Assembly: GCA_965213925.1 (NCBI GenBank)
Contig: OZ243927.1
Location: 1,344,001 to 1,408,000 of the forward strand
Origin: Trueperaceae bacterium
GTDB taxonomy: Bacteria > Deinococcota > Deinococci > Deinococcales > Trueperaceae
Direction: 5' to 3'
Length of the DNA: 64,000 nucleotides
Shown: positions 40,744 through 50,056 of the stretch, piece after piece
Layout: each line of letters opens with the position of its first letter
How positions within the stretch are numbered: the stretch's first letter is position 1
Notes under the pieces: model-generated
The model's input: only the letters and a program-made list of their open reading frames with translations
What the model was told of the DNA's origin: nothing
Database searches by the model: none
Made by a program: the position numbers and the translations under genes

Positions 40744-41100
40744 CTACGCGCTGGCGCTCTTCGACTTCTCCACGAGCTGCTTAAACGCTTCAGGCTGCTG
40801 CACGGCTAAGTCCGCGAGCATTTTACGGTTAATTTCCACGCCTGACTTGCGCAGACCGCTCATAAAGACGGAGTAGCTGAGCCCCTCCTGGCGAGCGGCG
40901 GCGTTGATGCGCGAAATCCAGAGGCGGCGAAAGTCGTTCTTCTTGTCGCGGCGGTCTCTGTATTCGTAGTCAGCGGCGTTAAGAAGGGTCTGCTGCGCGA
41001 TGCGGAAGCTGCGCGAGCGCAGTCCCCAGAAACCTTTGGCGCGTTTTAGGACCTTCTTGTGCTTGTTGCGGCGGACGGTGCTGGTTTTAGCTCTTGGCAT
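40744..41100 (-). CDS. rplT: 50S ribosomal protein L20
   Basis: MPRAK...KGFWG.RS and FRRLWI.RINAAAR. Confidence 0.99.
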   Translation of the reverse strand: MPRAKTSTVRRNKHKKVLKRAKGFWGLRSRSFRIAQQTLLNAADYEYRDRRDKKNDFRRLWISRINAAARQEGLSYSVFMSGLRKSGVEINRKMLADLAVQQPEAFKQLVEKSKSASA

Positions 41101-41111
41101 CGTCTAATTCC

Positions 41112-41309
41112 TTAATCGTAAGGGAGGAGCTTTTTGATGCGCTCCGCCTCGGGCTTGGCGATAATAAGGTCGGTGCGTCCTTGTCGGATACGCTTGCCAC
41201 TCTTTTTGTAGTTGAGGTGGCGCTTGCCGCTTTTCATAGCCGTGACCTTACCTCGCCCAGTGACTTTGACACGGGCTTTGGTGCCCTTATGGGTCTTTAA
41301 TTTCGGCAT
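41112..41309 (-). CDS. rpmI: 50S ribosomal protein L35
   Basis: MPKLKTHKG...KRHL; located between infC and rplT. Confidence 0.98.
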   Translation of the reverse strand: MPKLKTHKGTKARVKVTGRGKVTAMKSGKRHLNYKKSGKRIRQGRTDLIIAKPEAERIKKLLPYD

Positions 41310-41478
41310 TTTACTCTCCTTGTCCTAGCTAGCTTACACGCCAAGCAGGACTTCTCTTGTGCTACATAACTGTTGAGGTTGGATTGGGCAGAGTATTCGC
41401 AAGGATCAGCGAACCGTTACTTGAGGCTCGAGCCTCAGTAAACCTCGCCACCTGACCAAATAAAACCTGCTGCGCAGA

Positions 41479-42000
41479 TCAGGCTGACGCCTCTCTTGAC
41501 GGTCCCAGCACCATGTTCATATCCATCCCTGCGATGCTCGGCGCGGATTCGACGGTGGCCATGTCCGAGACGTCGCTGGCGACGCGGTTCAAGATTTCTT
41601 GACCCAACTCGGGATGGGTGCGTTCGCGCCCGCGAAACATGATGGTAACTTTGACCTTGTGACCGCCCTTAAGAAAGCGCTTGACGTGATTGACCTTCGT
41701 GTTGTAGTCGTGGTCGTCGATCTTCACGCGGAACTTGATAGCTTTCATCTCCTGCTGACGAGACCGCTTGCGGGCCTCTTTCTCCTGCTGCTGCATCTCG
41801 TAGCGGTACTTGCCGTAGTCCATCAGTTTGGCTACCGGGGGCTGGGCTTGTTCTCCGACTAAGGCGAGGTCGAGTTCTGCGTCTCTCGCCATGCGGAGCG
41901 CGTCTCTCGTGTCGACGATGCCTTGTTGCTGACCGTCCTCCATGATGAGACGAACCTGCCGCGCCCGAATCTGCTCGTTAATCTTCAGCTCTTTAGCTAT
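41479..42000 (-). CDS. infC: Translation initiation factor IF-3, probable AUA start
   Basis: INEQIR, PPVAKLMDYGK and KVTIMFRGRE; GGAGGT 7 nt before an in-frame ATA at 42000. Confidence 0.97.
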   Translation of the reverse strand: MAKELKINEQIRARQVRLIMEDGQQQGIVDTRDALRMARDAELDLALVGEQAQPPVAKLMDYGKYRYEMQQQEKEARKRSRQQEMKAIKFRVKIDDHDYNTKVNHVKRFLKGGHKVKVTIMFRGRERTHPELGQEILNRVASDVSDMATVESAPSIAGMDMNMVLGPSREASA

Positions 42001-42570
42001 GGACAACACCTCCAGAAGTCTGCTGCTCGGCGGTGTCCCGTTGTGTCTGTGAAGAGCCGAACATCCTCATTGGTGGAATCGGCGCGGCTCTGTACGCAAA
42101 ACGTGGTACACCGTCGCTGCTTCTTGTGCAGCGCTCGAGTGTAGCAAATAAACGCCGCTTAATCAATGCCGTGAGCGACGGGGGCAGGGCGTACGCACGC
42201 ATACGCAAGTAACCACTGCCAGCACTACAGCTTGTTACAGCGCCTCTCGCTGCCTATTTTCGATCTGCTTAGAGACCACGCACCTATGACCGCTCCATCC
42301 AGTTGACGCTCAGCAACCCCGCGCACTCCGTCAGCATCCAGTTCCCCAGCGCCGCGCCGGGCGACTTCGTCAGCAACAGCTTCAGCACCTAGCGGGCCAG
42401 TGGGAACTCTGCGACTGCGGTCTTCTGCGAAGTGCTGGCGCGAACCACGCGACTGCGTCCAGCGGCTAGAAGGTCGCGTGGTGCACATCTACTGGGGTTG
42501 ATGAAAGAATGTTCATGGTTCTGTCACGAAAAGGGTAGTCAAGCGAGACTAAATCATGTATACTTGTCAC

Positions 42571-42635
42571 AGCTTTGAGGGTGGCATCTCCGCTACCCCG
42601 CTACCCCCCGGCGGAGACCCCTCTCAAAGTTTTTT
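42571..42635 (+). ncRNA. Candidate ~65-nt sRNA with a C-rich loop
   Basis: TAGTCA-17-TATACT promoter; long hairpin ending in T6; GCTACCCC twice in the apical region. Confidence 0.45.
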
Positions 42636-42646
42636 ATTATCTTTCC

Positions 42647-43609
42647 TCACACCTTTAAAATGAGCTTACCGATATTGCGATTTTCACGCATGACGCCGTG
42701 CGCCTTTTCTGCGTTTTGTACGTTGAAGACCTCGTCGATGATGGGCTTGATGTCACCCGCTTCCAACGCTGACCAGAATTGCGCCATCAGCGCCTCTTTG
42801 ATGCGCACCTTTTCCTCTAACGGACGAGCGCGCAAGGTTGAACCTTTGAGCGTAAGGCGTTTACCCATCAGTTTGCGAATGTCGATTTCGGCTTCTTTCC
42901 CGCTCAGCGTGGCGATGAAAACCAGGCGTCCATCTAAGTTGAGCAGTTCGATGTTGCGCGCCAAGTAGTCCGCACCCACCATGTCGAGGACGACATCTAC
43001 GCCTTCCGCTACCTCTTCTATGCGCTCGGCAAAATCCTCTTCGCGGTAGTTGACGGCTAAATCCGCGCCTAACTTCGAACAGGTCTCGACCTTCTCGTTT
43101 GTGCCAGCCGTCGCAAACACGCGGCAGCCCGCTGCTTTCGCGAGTTGGATGCCCGCCGTGCCGACGCCGCTCGCGCCGCCGTGGATAAGGGCGGTTTCGC
43201 CTCTTTGCAGGTTGCCCTCGAGAAAAAGGTTCAAAAACGCCGTGAAGAATACCTCAGGCATTCCCCCCGCCTCTTCGAAGCTCCAGCCCCCGGGAATCGG
43301 CATGAGCAAGGGGACGGGAGCCGCGACCTTTTCGGCGTAGCCGCCGCCCGTAAGCAGGACGCAGACGCGGTCTCCCACGCGCCAGTCTGTAACCCCGCCG
43401 CCGAGTTCGGCGATTTCGCCGGAGACCTCCAAACCCAAAATATTTGACGCGCCCGGCGGCGGCGGATAGTTGCCTGAACGCTGCGCTAAGTCGGCGCGGT
43501 TGATGCCCGCTGCACGCACCTTAATGAGCACCTCGTTGTCACCAAACGTGGGCGTTTCGACCTCTTGCCAGGCGAGGGACTTGTCAGCTTGAACTGTAAT
43601 AGCTTTCAT
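42647..43609 (-). CDS. NAD(P)H-quinone oxidoreductase (PIG3-type)
   Basis: G.YPPPPGAS.ILGLE, GGGYAE, HGGASGVG and GSTLRAR. Confidence 0.95.
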   Translation of the reverse strand: MKAITVQADKSLAWQEVETPTFGDNEVLIKVRAAGINRADLAQRSGNYPPPPGASNILGLEVSGEIAELGGGVTDWRVGDRVCVLLTGGGYAEKVAAPVPLLMPIPGGWSFEEAGGMPEVFFTAFLNLFLEGNLQRGETALIHGGASGVGTAGIQLAKAAGCRVFATAGTNEKVETCSKLGADLAVNYREEDFAERIEEVAEGVDVVLDMVGADYLARNIELLNLDGRLVFIATLSGKEAEIDIRKLMGKRLTLKGSTLRARPLEEKVRIKEALMAQFWSALEAGDIKPIIDEVFNVQNAEKAHGVMRENRNIGKLILKV

Positions 43610-43896
43610 GGCTCAGGGTATCAGGTTCGTGGAGTGGGTAGCAGAACTTGGGCGAGCTAAACCGAAAAACCGGTGGACCGGTAGAAAGGGATCAGAATGT
43701 AGGGATCAGCCTAAAAACGCCGCTGAATTCTGACCCCTGATAGCATCGGCATCTGTCGTTGACACACTGCGAGCGTCTATTGGTACTCGCATCCGCTCGG
43801 ATTTCCTCGACAGGTGTGTCAAGGAAGCCTGCAAATGCTACGACTACTGTTCCTCGCACTGCCTTTTTTACGCAGCAAAACAGCCACAATAACACC

Positions 43897-44265
43897 ATGT
43901 CCTTTAACCTCTTCTTCACCCTTCACGGCGTCGTTACGCTCCTCACCGCGGTCGCCTTTCTCTTTACGCCGGGCGTCATGCTCGTCCTTTTCGGCACGCC
44001 CGCAAACCCCGCTATCAACCTCGTCACGCAGCTTTTAGGGGCGGCGTTCGTAGGTATAGGCGGGATCGCGCTCGCGGCGGGGCGCGTCGGCAGTGCTGAG
44101 TTTAAGCGCACCGTCGCGCTAGTTTTGCTGATCGCTAGCGTGCTGGGCTTTATCGTCAGCCTCGTCGGGCAGTTTCGCGGCGTGACGGGTCCGGTGGGCT
44201 GGGGCGCGGTGCTGATTTACGGAACGCTCACGGTAGGATATAGCGTATTCGTCGCGCGGGAGTAG
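43897..44265 (+). CDS. Small 4-TM hypothetical membrane protein
   Basis: Four hydrophobic helices from ATG at 43897. Confidence 0.65.
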   Translation: MSFNLFFTLHGVVTLLTAVAFLFTPGVMLVLFGTPANPAINLVTQLLGAAFVGIGGIALAAGRVGSAEFKRTVALVLLIASVLGFIVSLVGQFRGVTGPVGWGAVLIYGTLTVGYSVFVARE

Positions 44266-44349
44266 CCCTAAGAATCTCCACATTCAGATACGTACGGGGC
44301 GATACGTCTCGACCTCTTGCCGAACTGCGCGCAGCAGCCCTAGACCTCT

Positions 44350-44600
44350 TTAATCCGCCGCCCCAGGACGCCCCGATGACTCCTCTCGCTCACCACCCCT
44401 AGCCGCCACCATCTCCGGCGTAACGGGCTCAGCCTCGTTGCCCCAAGAGGTGCGTACAGAAGAGATTACGGTGGCGATCTCTTCGTTAGAGTCGCTCGCG
44501 AAGCTTGGCATCCCGCCGCGCCCGTTCAGGAGAATCTGGACGACGCCCTCGGGGGCTCCGGTGACGACTTCGCTGCCGACGAGCAGTGCGCTGCTAGCCA
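44350..44600 (-). pseudogene. C-terminal remnant of a class I cytochrome c
   Basis: L.G...VTG.P...ILLNG.G.MPSF...SNEEIA.V...R.SWGN.A..VT; no upstream CxxCH or signal peptide seen. Confidence 0.7.
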
Positions 44601-44767
44601 AACTTCGCGACACCTACGAACGCCACCCTGTTCATGAAGTCTCTAGCGAGAGCGGTTTCGTGCAGTTACGAAGGTTTCGCAGTCGCGTGGTCCCGCGTCA
44701 CTTCGTTCCCGCTAGCTTGCGAAACGCGAAGCCTTGCGTAGTCGAGGGGTCTCGTCCGCGACCCCCT

Positions 44768-45121
44768 TTAACCCCTCGCCCAGGTGCGCGCCTTGTCCTC
44801 CTCCTCCGGTCCGAAGGTTTTCACCTTCGCGTCTGTCAGGGGTGAGGCGAGGTCGGTGGCGGCGTCTTCCCAACTTTCGTCGCCCACCACGGCGACTTTC
44901 TCGAAGTCGTTCAGGTGTTCTGCGTCGAACTTGAGGTCTTCCCACAAGGCTCCGGGGGTCGCCCCCTCAAACCGGGTGATGTCTAAAAGCAGTCTGACTC
45001 TGCCGTGCTCGTTGATGAGTTCCTCGAGCCTCGGCACCACCCGCTCGTAGTCCTCTTCGCTCACCTCACCGTCAGTGCGAATCACGGCGAGTTTAGGCGC
45101 TTCGATGCTTAGCTCGTACAT
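44768..45121 (-). CDS. SpoIIAA-like (STAS/SEC14) protein
   Basis: G.V..EDY, RLL.D..F.G...ALWED.K, KVAVVGD..W and A..W; own ATG with a purine-rich RBS. Confidence 0.85.
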   Translation of the reverse strand: MYELSIEAPKLAVIRTDGEVSEEDYERVVPRLEELINEHGRVRLLLDITRFEGATPGALWEDLKFDAEHLNDFEKVAVVGDESWEDAATDLASPLTDAKVKTFGPEEEDKARTWARG

Positions 45122-45556
45122 GATTTCCCCTTTCACCCCCACTCTAAAGCGCCGCCGCTCATCCGACTGCGGCGCAAACGCAAAAGCGCTCGGCGGCGCG
45201 CCTCGCCACGAGCGGATGGGTTCGTCCGGTATGCTGGTCAACGTTCCCACTTCGTCCGCTTCGCTACAGGTCTCACTTATCTCGGCGAGCCGCACCTGCA
45301 CCTCACGGACAAGCGACGCGAAGCGGTCTACTTCGCCCGCGATGCGCTGCAGATTGCGTTCGGGGCTCGAGCCGCCGCTGCAATTTTGTAGGATCACATT
45401 GACTAAGCAGCGCGCGACCTCCTCTTCTAACGGGGCGTCACACGCTCCGCCGGGCTCTACACCATTGTACGCGCGGCTAAAAAAATCGCTTGGGTAAGTT
45501 TCATCGATGAGACGTATAAATATATCTAGTGAGCAGGTATTGTAATACTTTTGCAT
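45122..45556 (-). CDS. Hypothetical domain reading in frame into the SpoIIAA-like gene
   Basis: Open frame from ATG at 45556 with no stop before 45121. Confidence 0.4.
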
Positions 45557-45707
45557 AGGTTTAAGTGCGCCACTTTTAATCCACGTGTATTGTTATTTTT
45601 CTTATTTTGTGGAAAAATTCACTTGGAGTCAGGACGTTGAGAACGTTTGACCGGAGGAGTGTCGGCGCTGCTCAAATCTCGAGGCGGCGGATTTCTTAGA
45701 GTGAATT

Positions 45708-46364
45708 ATGAAAAAACTTTTGGTGACGGGCGGCAACGGCTTCATCGGCGGCGAGGTCTGCAAAGTCGCGTTAGGCCGAGGCTACGAGGTCGTCGGCGTA
45801 GCGAGGAGCGGTGCGCCCGACTTAGACGAGCCTTGGGTAAAGGAAGTCACATGGGTCTCCGCAGACCTTTTAGAACCTAACCTCTGGCGAGCCCACCTAG
45901 CGGGTTGTGACGCCTTAGTGCACTGTATCGGCATCCTTAAAGAGAAGCCGGACAAGGGCGTGACCTTTAGGCGCATCAACGGGGACAGCGCCATCGTCGC
46001 AGCGGAAGAGGCGGAGCGAGCGGGCGTGGGCACGTTCGTGTTCGTGTCCGCTTCCACCACGCCGCCCACGGTCGATGAAGCCTATCTGGAACACAAACGC
46101 CGCGCCGAAGGGGAGATCGCGAAGAGGCGCTTGCGCCCCGTTATCTTGCGCCCCTCGCTCGTATACGGTTCCAGACGACCTCTTTCCAACGTCGTCGGCA
46201 AAGCGGTCCAGTTCGCACAGGAAATCCCCGGCGTGCCGAATGAGGACCGTCCGATGTCGGTTGCGACCTTAGCAGAGGCGGCGGTGAACGCCGCTCTTAA
46301 AGAAGAGGTTACAGGCATTTTGGACATCGGTGCAATTGAAACGCTGGGCAGTACTCAAGGATAG
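45708..46364 (+). CDS. NAD-dependent epimerase/dehydratase family (atypical SDR)
   Basis: TGGNGFIG, Y...K and ILRPS.VYG. Confidence 0.9.
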   Translation: MKKLLVTGGNGFIGGEVCKVALGRGYEVVGVARSGAPDLDEPWVKEVTWVSADLLEPNLWRAHLAGCDALVHCIGILKEKPDKGVTFRRINGDSAIVAAEEAERAGVGTFVFVSASTTPPTVDEAYLEHKRRAEGEIAKRRLRPVILRPSLVYGSRRPLSNVVGKAVQFAQEIPGVPNEDRPMSVATLAEAAVNAALKEEVTGILDIGAIETLGSTQG

Positions 46365-46723
46365 AGCTGCTCACCCTCTTGACGAACTCGCGCGACAAAT
46401 TCGGCGGCTTTCCCTGCTTCTGGCGCGTTGAACCGCGAGAGCGTCCAGAAGGTCGGGGCGAGCTGGCGTCCGCACTCGAGAAACAGCCCATACGTCTCGT
46501 TAAAAAGGTCACGCTGTACCTCTTCGGGAACAGGCTCTTGGCTCAGAACCAAAAGGTCAACGTCCGAGCGCATCGGCATTTTTTGGGACCACATATCCCC
46601 CCTAGCGGCGGGACCAAAAAGCCAGATTTGCTTCAAGTTCTCGCCTAAGCGCTTCCGGATAAGGTCGAGATAACGGCGGACACACCCTCTTTCCTCTTTG
46701 CTTAAATACCCTAAGCTTTCCAT
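46355..46723 (-). CDS. Minimal nucleotidyltransferase (MNT)
   Basis: LFG(P)AARGD...SDVDLLV. Confidence 0.8.
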   Translation of the reverse strand: MESLGYLSKEERGCVRRYLDLIRKRLGENLKQIWLFGPAARGDMWSQKMPMRSDVDLLVLSQEPVPEEVQRDLFNETYGLFLECGRQLAPTFWTLSRFNAPEAGKAAEFVARVRQEGEQLYP

Positions 46724-46729
46724 CCAAAT

Positions 46730-47533
46730 CTAAGCGATCACCCGCTTGCGCATCCGCCACACGCTGAACGCGCAGAGCGCCGCGCCAACGCCAAGTAGAT
46801 ACAGCGCACTCCACAAAAGCCCCGCCGCATCTGCGTTCACGATACCGCGCAGGAGCTGAACACCGTGATAGAGCGGCGTCGCCTTGGCGACCGCCACCAA
46901 AAGGTCCGGGAAACGCTCCTCGACGGGGAAGAAAATATCTGAGAAGAGAAACGAGGGCGTCACGAACATGATGAAGAAGTAGGTGAAGAGGTCGATGCTT
47001 TTGACAACCGACGTGAACGCTAAGCCGATGGCGGAAAAGCAAAACCCTGTGAGGATGATGGCGAAGGGTGCGAGCAGCAGCCAAGGCGTGAGCGGTACGC
47101 CGAAGAAGAGCGTGATGACGAGAAAGATCGTGCCGTACATAAACGAGCGCGTCACCGCCCAGAGCGTCTCGCCGATAACGACATCTTCCATATTGACGCG
47201 CGTCGCCACCATCGCGTCATAAATCTTGCCAAAGTAGAGCTTGACGAAGACGTTGTAGGTCGTCTCGAAGACCGCGCCGTTCATCGCAGAGGCGGCGACT
47301 AAACCGGGCGCGATATAGGCGACGTAGCCGTTTTCGAACGTACCACCGCCTGAGACGTATGCGCCCAAGCCCACCCCGAGACCTAAAAGGTAAAAGACCG
47401 GCTCGAAGAAGTTGGGCACGAGCGAGTACATCCAGCGGTGCTTGTAGACGCGGGCGTTGCGCTCCCAGACGCGCCACGCGCCCGTTAGAGAGATCAGCTT
47501 GCGGGAGCCGTAGTTCGAACTAGTCATTGCCAT
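46730..47533 (-). CDS. ABC-2 permease (NodJ-like)
   Basis: EP.FYL.GLG.GLG, Y...IAPG, FETTY and PLYH.V. Confidence 0.9.
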   Translation of the reverse strand: MAMTSSNYGSRKLISLTGAWRVWERNARVYKHRWMYSLVPNFFEPVFYLLGLGVGLGAYVSGGGTFENGYVAYIAPGLVAASAMNGAVFETTYNVFVKLYFGKIYDAMVATRVNMEDVVIGETLWAVTRSFMYGTIFLVITLFFGVPLTPWLLLAPFAIILTGFCFSAIGLAFTSVVKSIDLFTYFFIMFVTPSFLFSDIFFPVEERFPDLLVAVAKATPLYHGVQLLRGIVNADAAGLLWSALYLLGVGAALCAFSVWRMRKRVIA

Positions 47534-47577
47534 CTTCATCTCCTGACTTCTGCAGCGAAGCAACCACACGAACGCGC

Positions 47578-48381
47578 TCACTCAGCGAGCTTCAAGATTC
47601 GTAGTGCGCCTTGTATGACGACGAAAAAGACGACCGCGCCCACGACGAGGTCCGGTATACCTGAGTTCAACCAAGCTACCAAAAGCCCCGCTACGATGAC
47701 GCCGAGGTTGATAACCACGTCGTTACTCGTGAAGATCATGCTGGCTTTCATGTGCACCTCTTGACTCTGCGAACGCTGCAAGAGGTAGAGGCACGCGCCG
47801 TTGGCGACGAGTGCGAAGAGGGAGACGACGATCATTGTCTGAAAGTTAGGGGGCGTCTCGAACCCGAGGGAGCGCCGCACGATCTCGAGAAACCCCAGCC
47901 CCGCCAAGAAGAGCTGAAAGTAGCCGCTGGCTTTCGCGATGGTCCTCTTGCGGGCGAACGCCGCCCCGACTGCCGCCAAGCTCAGCGCGTAGACCGTCGC
48001 GTCGGCGAGCATGTCCAGGCTGTCCGCCACGAGCCCCACCGAGCCGGAGAGGAGCCCGAACGCCGCTTCAACGACGAAAAACGCAGCGTTGATGAGGAGC
48101 ACTGCCCACAGCACCTTGCGCTCTGCGTGTGATGACGCCTCCCGTACTCCCATCTCCGCTCGGCTTACCGGCTCGGTTTTGAGCAACCTCGAGCCCAAGT
48201 TAAGCTGCGCGACCGCCCGCTCGACGGTACTCGGTTCTCCTTCGTGAAAGACGGTCAACCGCCGCGCGGATAGGTCGAATGAGAGCTGCTCAACTCCCTC
48301 CACACGGTCCAGAATCATCCGCACTAAGTTCTCCTCGGCGGCGCAGTCCATTTTAGAAACCTTAAACTCCAGCTTTTGCAT
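47578..48381 (-). CDS. HMA domain + CDF-type cation transporter
   Basis: MDCAAEE metal-binding domain; ADSLDMLADA and SNDV..N. Confidence 0.9.
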   Translation of the reverse strand: MQKLEFKVSKMDCAAEENLVRMILDRVEGVEQLSFDLSARRLTVFHEGEPSTVERAVAQLNLGSRLLKTEPVSRAEMGVREASSHAERKVLWAVLLINAAFFVVEAAFGLLSGSVGLVADSLDMLADATVYALSLAAVGAAFARKRTIAKASGYFQLFLAGLGFLEIVRRSLGFETPPNFQTMIVVSLFALVANGACLYLLQRSQSQEVHMKASMIFTSNDVVINLGVIVAGLLVAWLNSGIPDLVVGAVVFFVVIQGALRILKLAE

Positions 48382-48396
48382 ATCGTTCCCTAGCTC

Positions 48397-49374
48397 TTAC
48401 CCTTCTCTAAGCGCCCGCCCCGTCAGCTTCAAAAACACATCCTCCAAGTTCCCCGGACGAATAAATACGTTTCTAAAATGAAACCCTGCCGCCTCCAAGT
48501 CGTCAATTGTCTTTCGCCCATCGTCGGTGAAGATGCTGACGCGCTCGCCCGCTTTCTGGGCGGAGAGACCTAGGCGGGTTGCGGTGTGCTCGAGCCTCTC
48601 AAAATTCACTCCATCAAGCCGCGCCTCCACCACTTCGGGCGACACGTGTTCTTTCACGAGCTGGCGCGGCGAGCCCTCCGCTACGATCTCGCCCTGGTCC
48701 ATGATCACGAGCCGGTCGCATAACCTTTCGGCTTCGTCCATGTAGTGCGTCGTCATGATGAGGGTGACGCCTCGGGCGCGGAGTTCGTCTAGCTTGTCCC
48801 ATAAGGTAATGCGTACCTGTGGGTCCAAGCCCGTCGTGGGCTCGTCTAAAATCACGATTTTCGGGTCGTTCATCAGACCTCTTGCCAACGTTAAGCGGCG
48901 CTTCATGCCGCCCGACAGCTCGCGGATTTGGGCGTGTTTTCTGCTGTTAAGCTCGAGAAACTCGAGTAGCTCCTCCGCTCGCTCCTCCGCTACGTTCGGC
49001 GCGATTTCGTTGAAGCGGGCGTAGATGAGCAGGTTGTCCAGCACACTCAGCTCCTCGTCCAAATTATCGAGCTGCGGCACGACGCCGAGCCCCGCCTTGA
49101 TTTGACGGTCCGCCTCACCCGCCGTAAAACCCATCACCGACAGCGCGCCTTCAGAAAGCGGCGTCACGCGGTAAATCATGCGCATGGTCGTTGACTTGCC
49201 CGCGCCGTTGGGTCCCAACATCCCAAAAAACTCACCCGCGTAAACGTCGAAGTCAATCCCTGCGACGGCGTTTAGCTCGCCGTAGCGTTTCGTCAAACCT
49301 CTCGCCTCGACGATCGTCGATCTTTTCTCTTCTCTAATGTCATCCTCTCGCTCAACCTCTTGAACCGCGCTCAA
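48397..49374 (-). CDS. ABC ATP-binding protein (NodI-like)
   Basis: GPNGAGKST, LSGGMKRRL, LDEPTTGLDP and TTHYMDEAE; likely TTG start at 49374 after GAGGT. Confidence 0.93.
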   Translation of the reverse strand: MSAVQEVEREDDIREEKRSTIVEARGLTKRYGELNAVAGIDFDVYAGEFFGMLGPNGAGKSTTMRMIYRVTPLSEGALSVMGFTAGEADRQIKAGLGVVPQLDNLDEELSVLDNLLIYARFNEIAPNVAEERAEELLEFLELNSRKHAQIRELSGGMKRRLTLARGLMNDPKIVILDEPTTGLDPQVRITLWDKLDELRARGVTLIMTTHYMDEAERLCDRLVIMDQGEIVAEGSPRQLVKEHVSPEVVEARLDGVNFERLEHTATRLGLSAQKAGERVSIFTDDGRKTIDDLEAAGFHFRNVFIRPGNLEDVFLKLTGRALREG

Positions 49375-49518
49375 TGTAGCACCTCGAGCCTCATCATAAG
49401 ACCTCTTCACGGCTTGTGGGTGTAGGCGAGAACGCACCCATTCATACCGCAGAAACCGTGTGCTGACGCGCTATCCTCCCCTCTCTTCCCCTGCTACGTT
49501 TTGGATGGAGGACCTATC

Positions 49519-49737
49519 ATGGGTAGCTACAACAAGGGCGACACTGTTTCTTGGTCTTGGGGCAACGGGCGCGCCTCGGGTAAGATTACCGAGAAACATA
49601 AAGATGACGTCACAAAGACGATCAAGGGCAACGAGGTCACGAAGCACGGCACCGAAGACAACCCCGCCATCCTCATCGAGCAAGATGACGGGACGCAGGT
49701 ACTGAAGCTCGAGAGTGAAGTCGAGAAGGAGTCTTAA
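49519..49737 (+). CDS. DUF2945 / HVA1-like small protein
   Basis: GD.V.W.WG.G...G.I and IEQ.DG..VLK. Confidence 0.85.
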   Translation: MGSYNKGDTVSWSWGNGRASGKITEKHKDDVTKTIKGNEVTKHGTEDNPAILIEQDDGTQVLKLESEVEKES

Positions 49738-50010
49738 ATGGCAGACAGCAAAACGACCACCGACCACGACACCATTAAGAAATGGACTGAGGAGAGGAAC
49801 GGACACCCCGCCACTGTGGAAAGCACCGCCGAAGGGGACGAAGCAGGCGTCCTACGCATCGAGTTTGAGCAGGGCGATAGCGACGCGCTTAAAGAGATTA
49901 GCTGGGACGAATTTTTCAGCAAGTTCGAAGAGGAGAACTTGGCGTTTCTGTACCAGGAAGAGACGAGTGACGGCAGTGCGAGCCGTTTTTTCAAGCTGGT
50001 CAGCCGCTAG
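49738..50010 (+). CDS. Small acidic conserved hypothetical protein
   Basis: TTTDHD.I..W.EER.G.PA.V, ISWDEFF.KFEE..L.F.YQ and F.KLV.R pattern. Confidence 0.8.
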   Translation: MADSKTTTDHDTIKKWTEERNGHPATVESTAEGDEAGVLRIEFEQGDSDALKEISWDEFFSKFEEENLAFLYQEETSDGSASRFFKLVSR

Positions 50011-50056
50011 CACTGTCTAAGCTGAAGGTGTATAAAGAGCCCTGAAAGGAGACGCT

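Noticed and set aside
42285..42480. Possible decayed CDS (+ frame RSIQLTLSNPAHSVSIQFPSAAPGDFVSNSFST*)
   Set aside because: Codon use looks coding-like, but there is no start, an early stop and no recognisable family.
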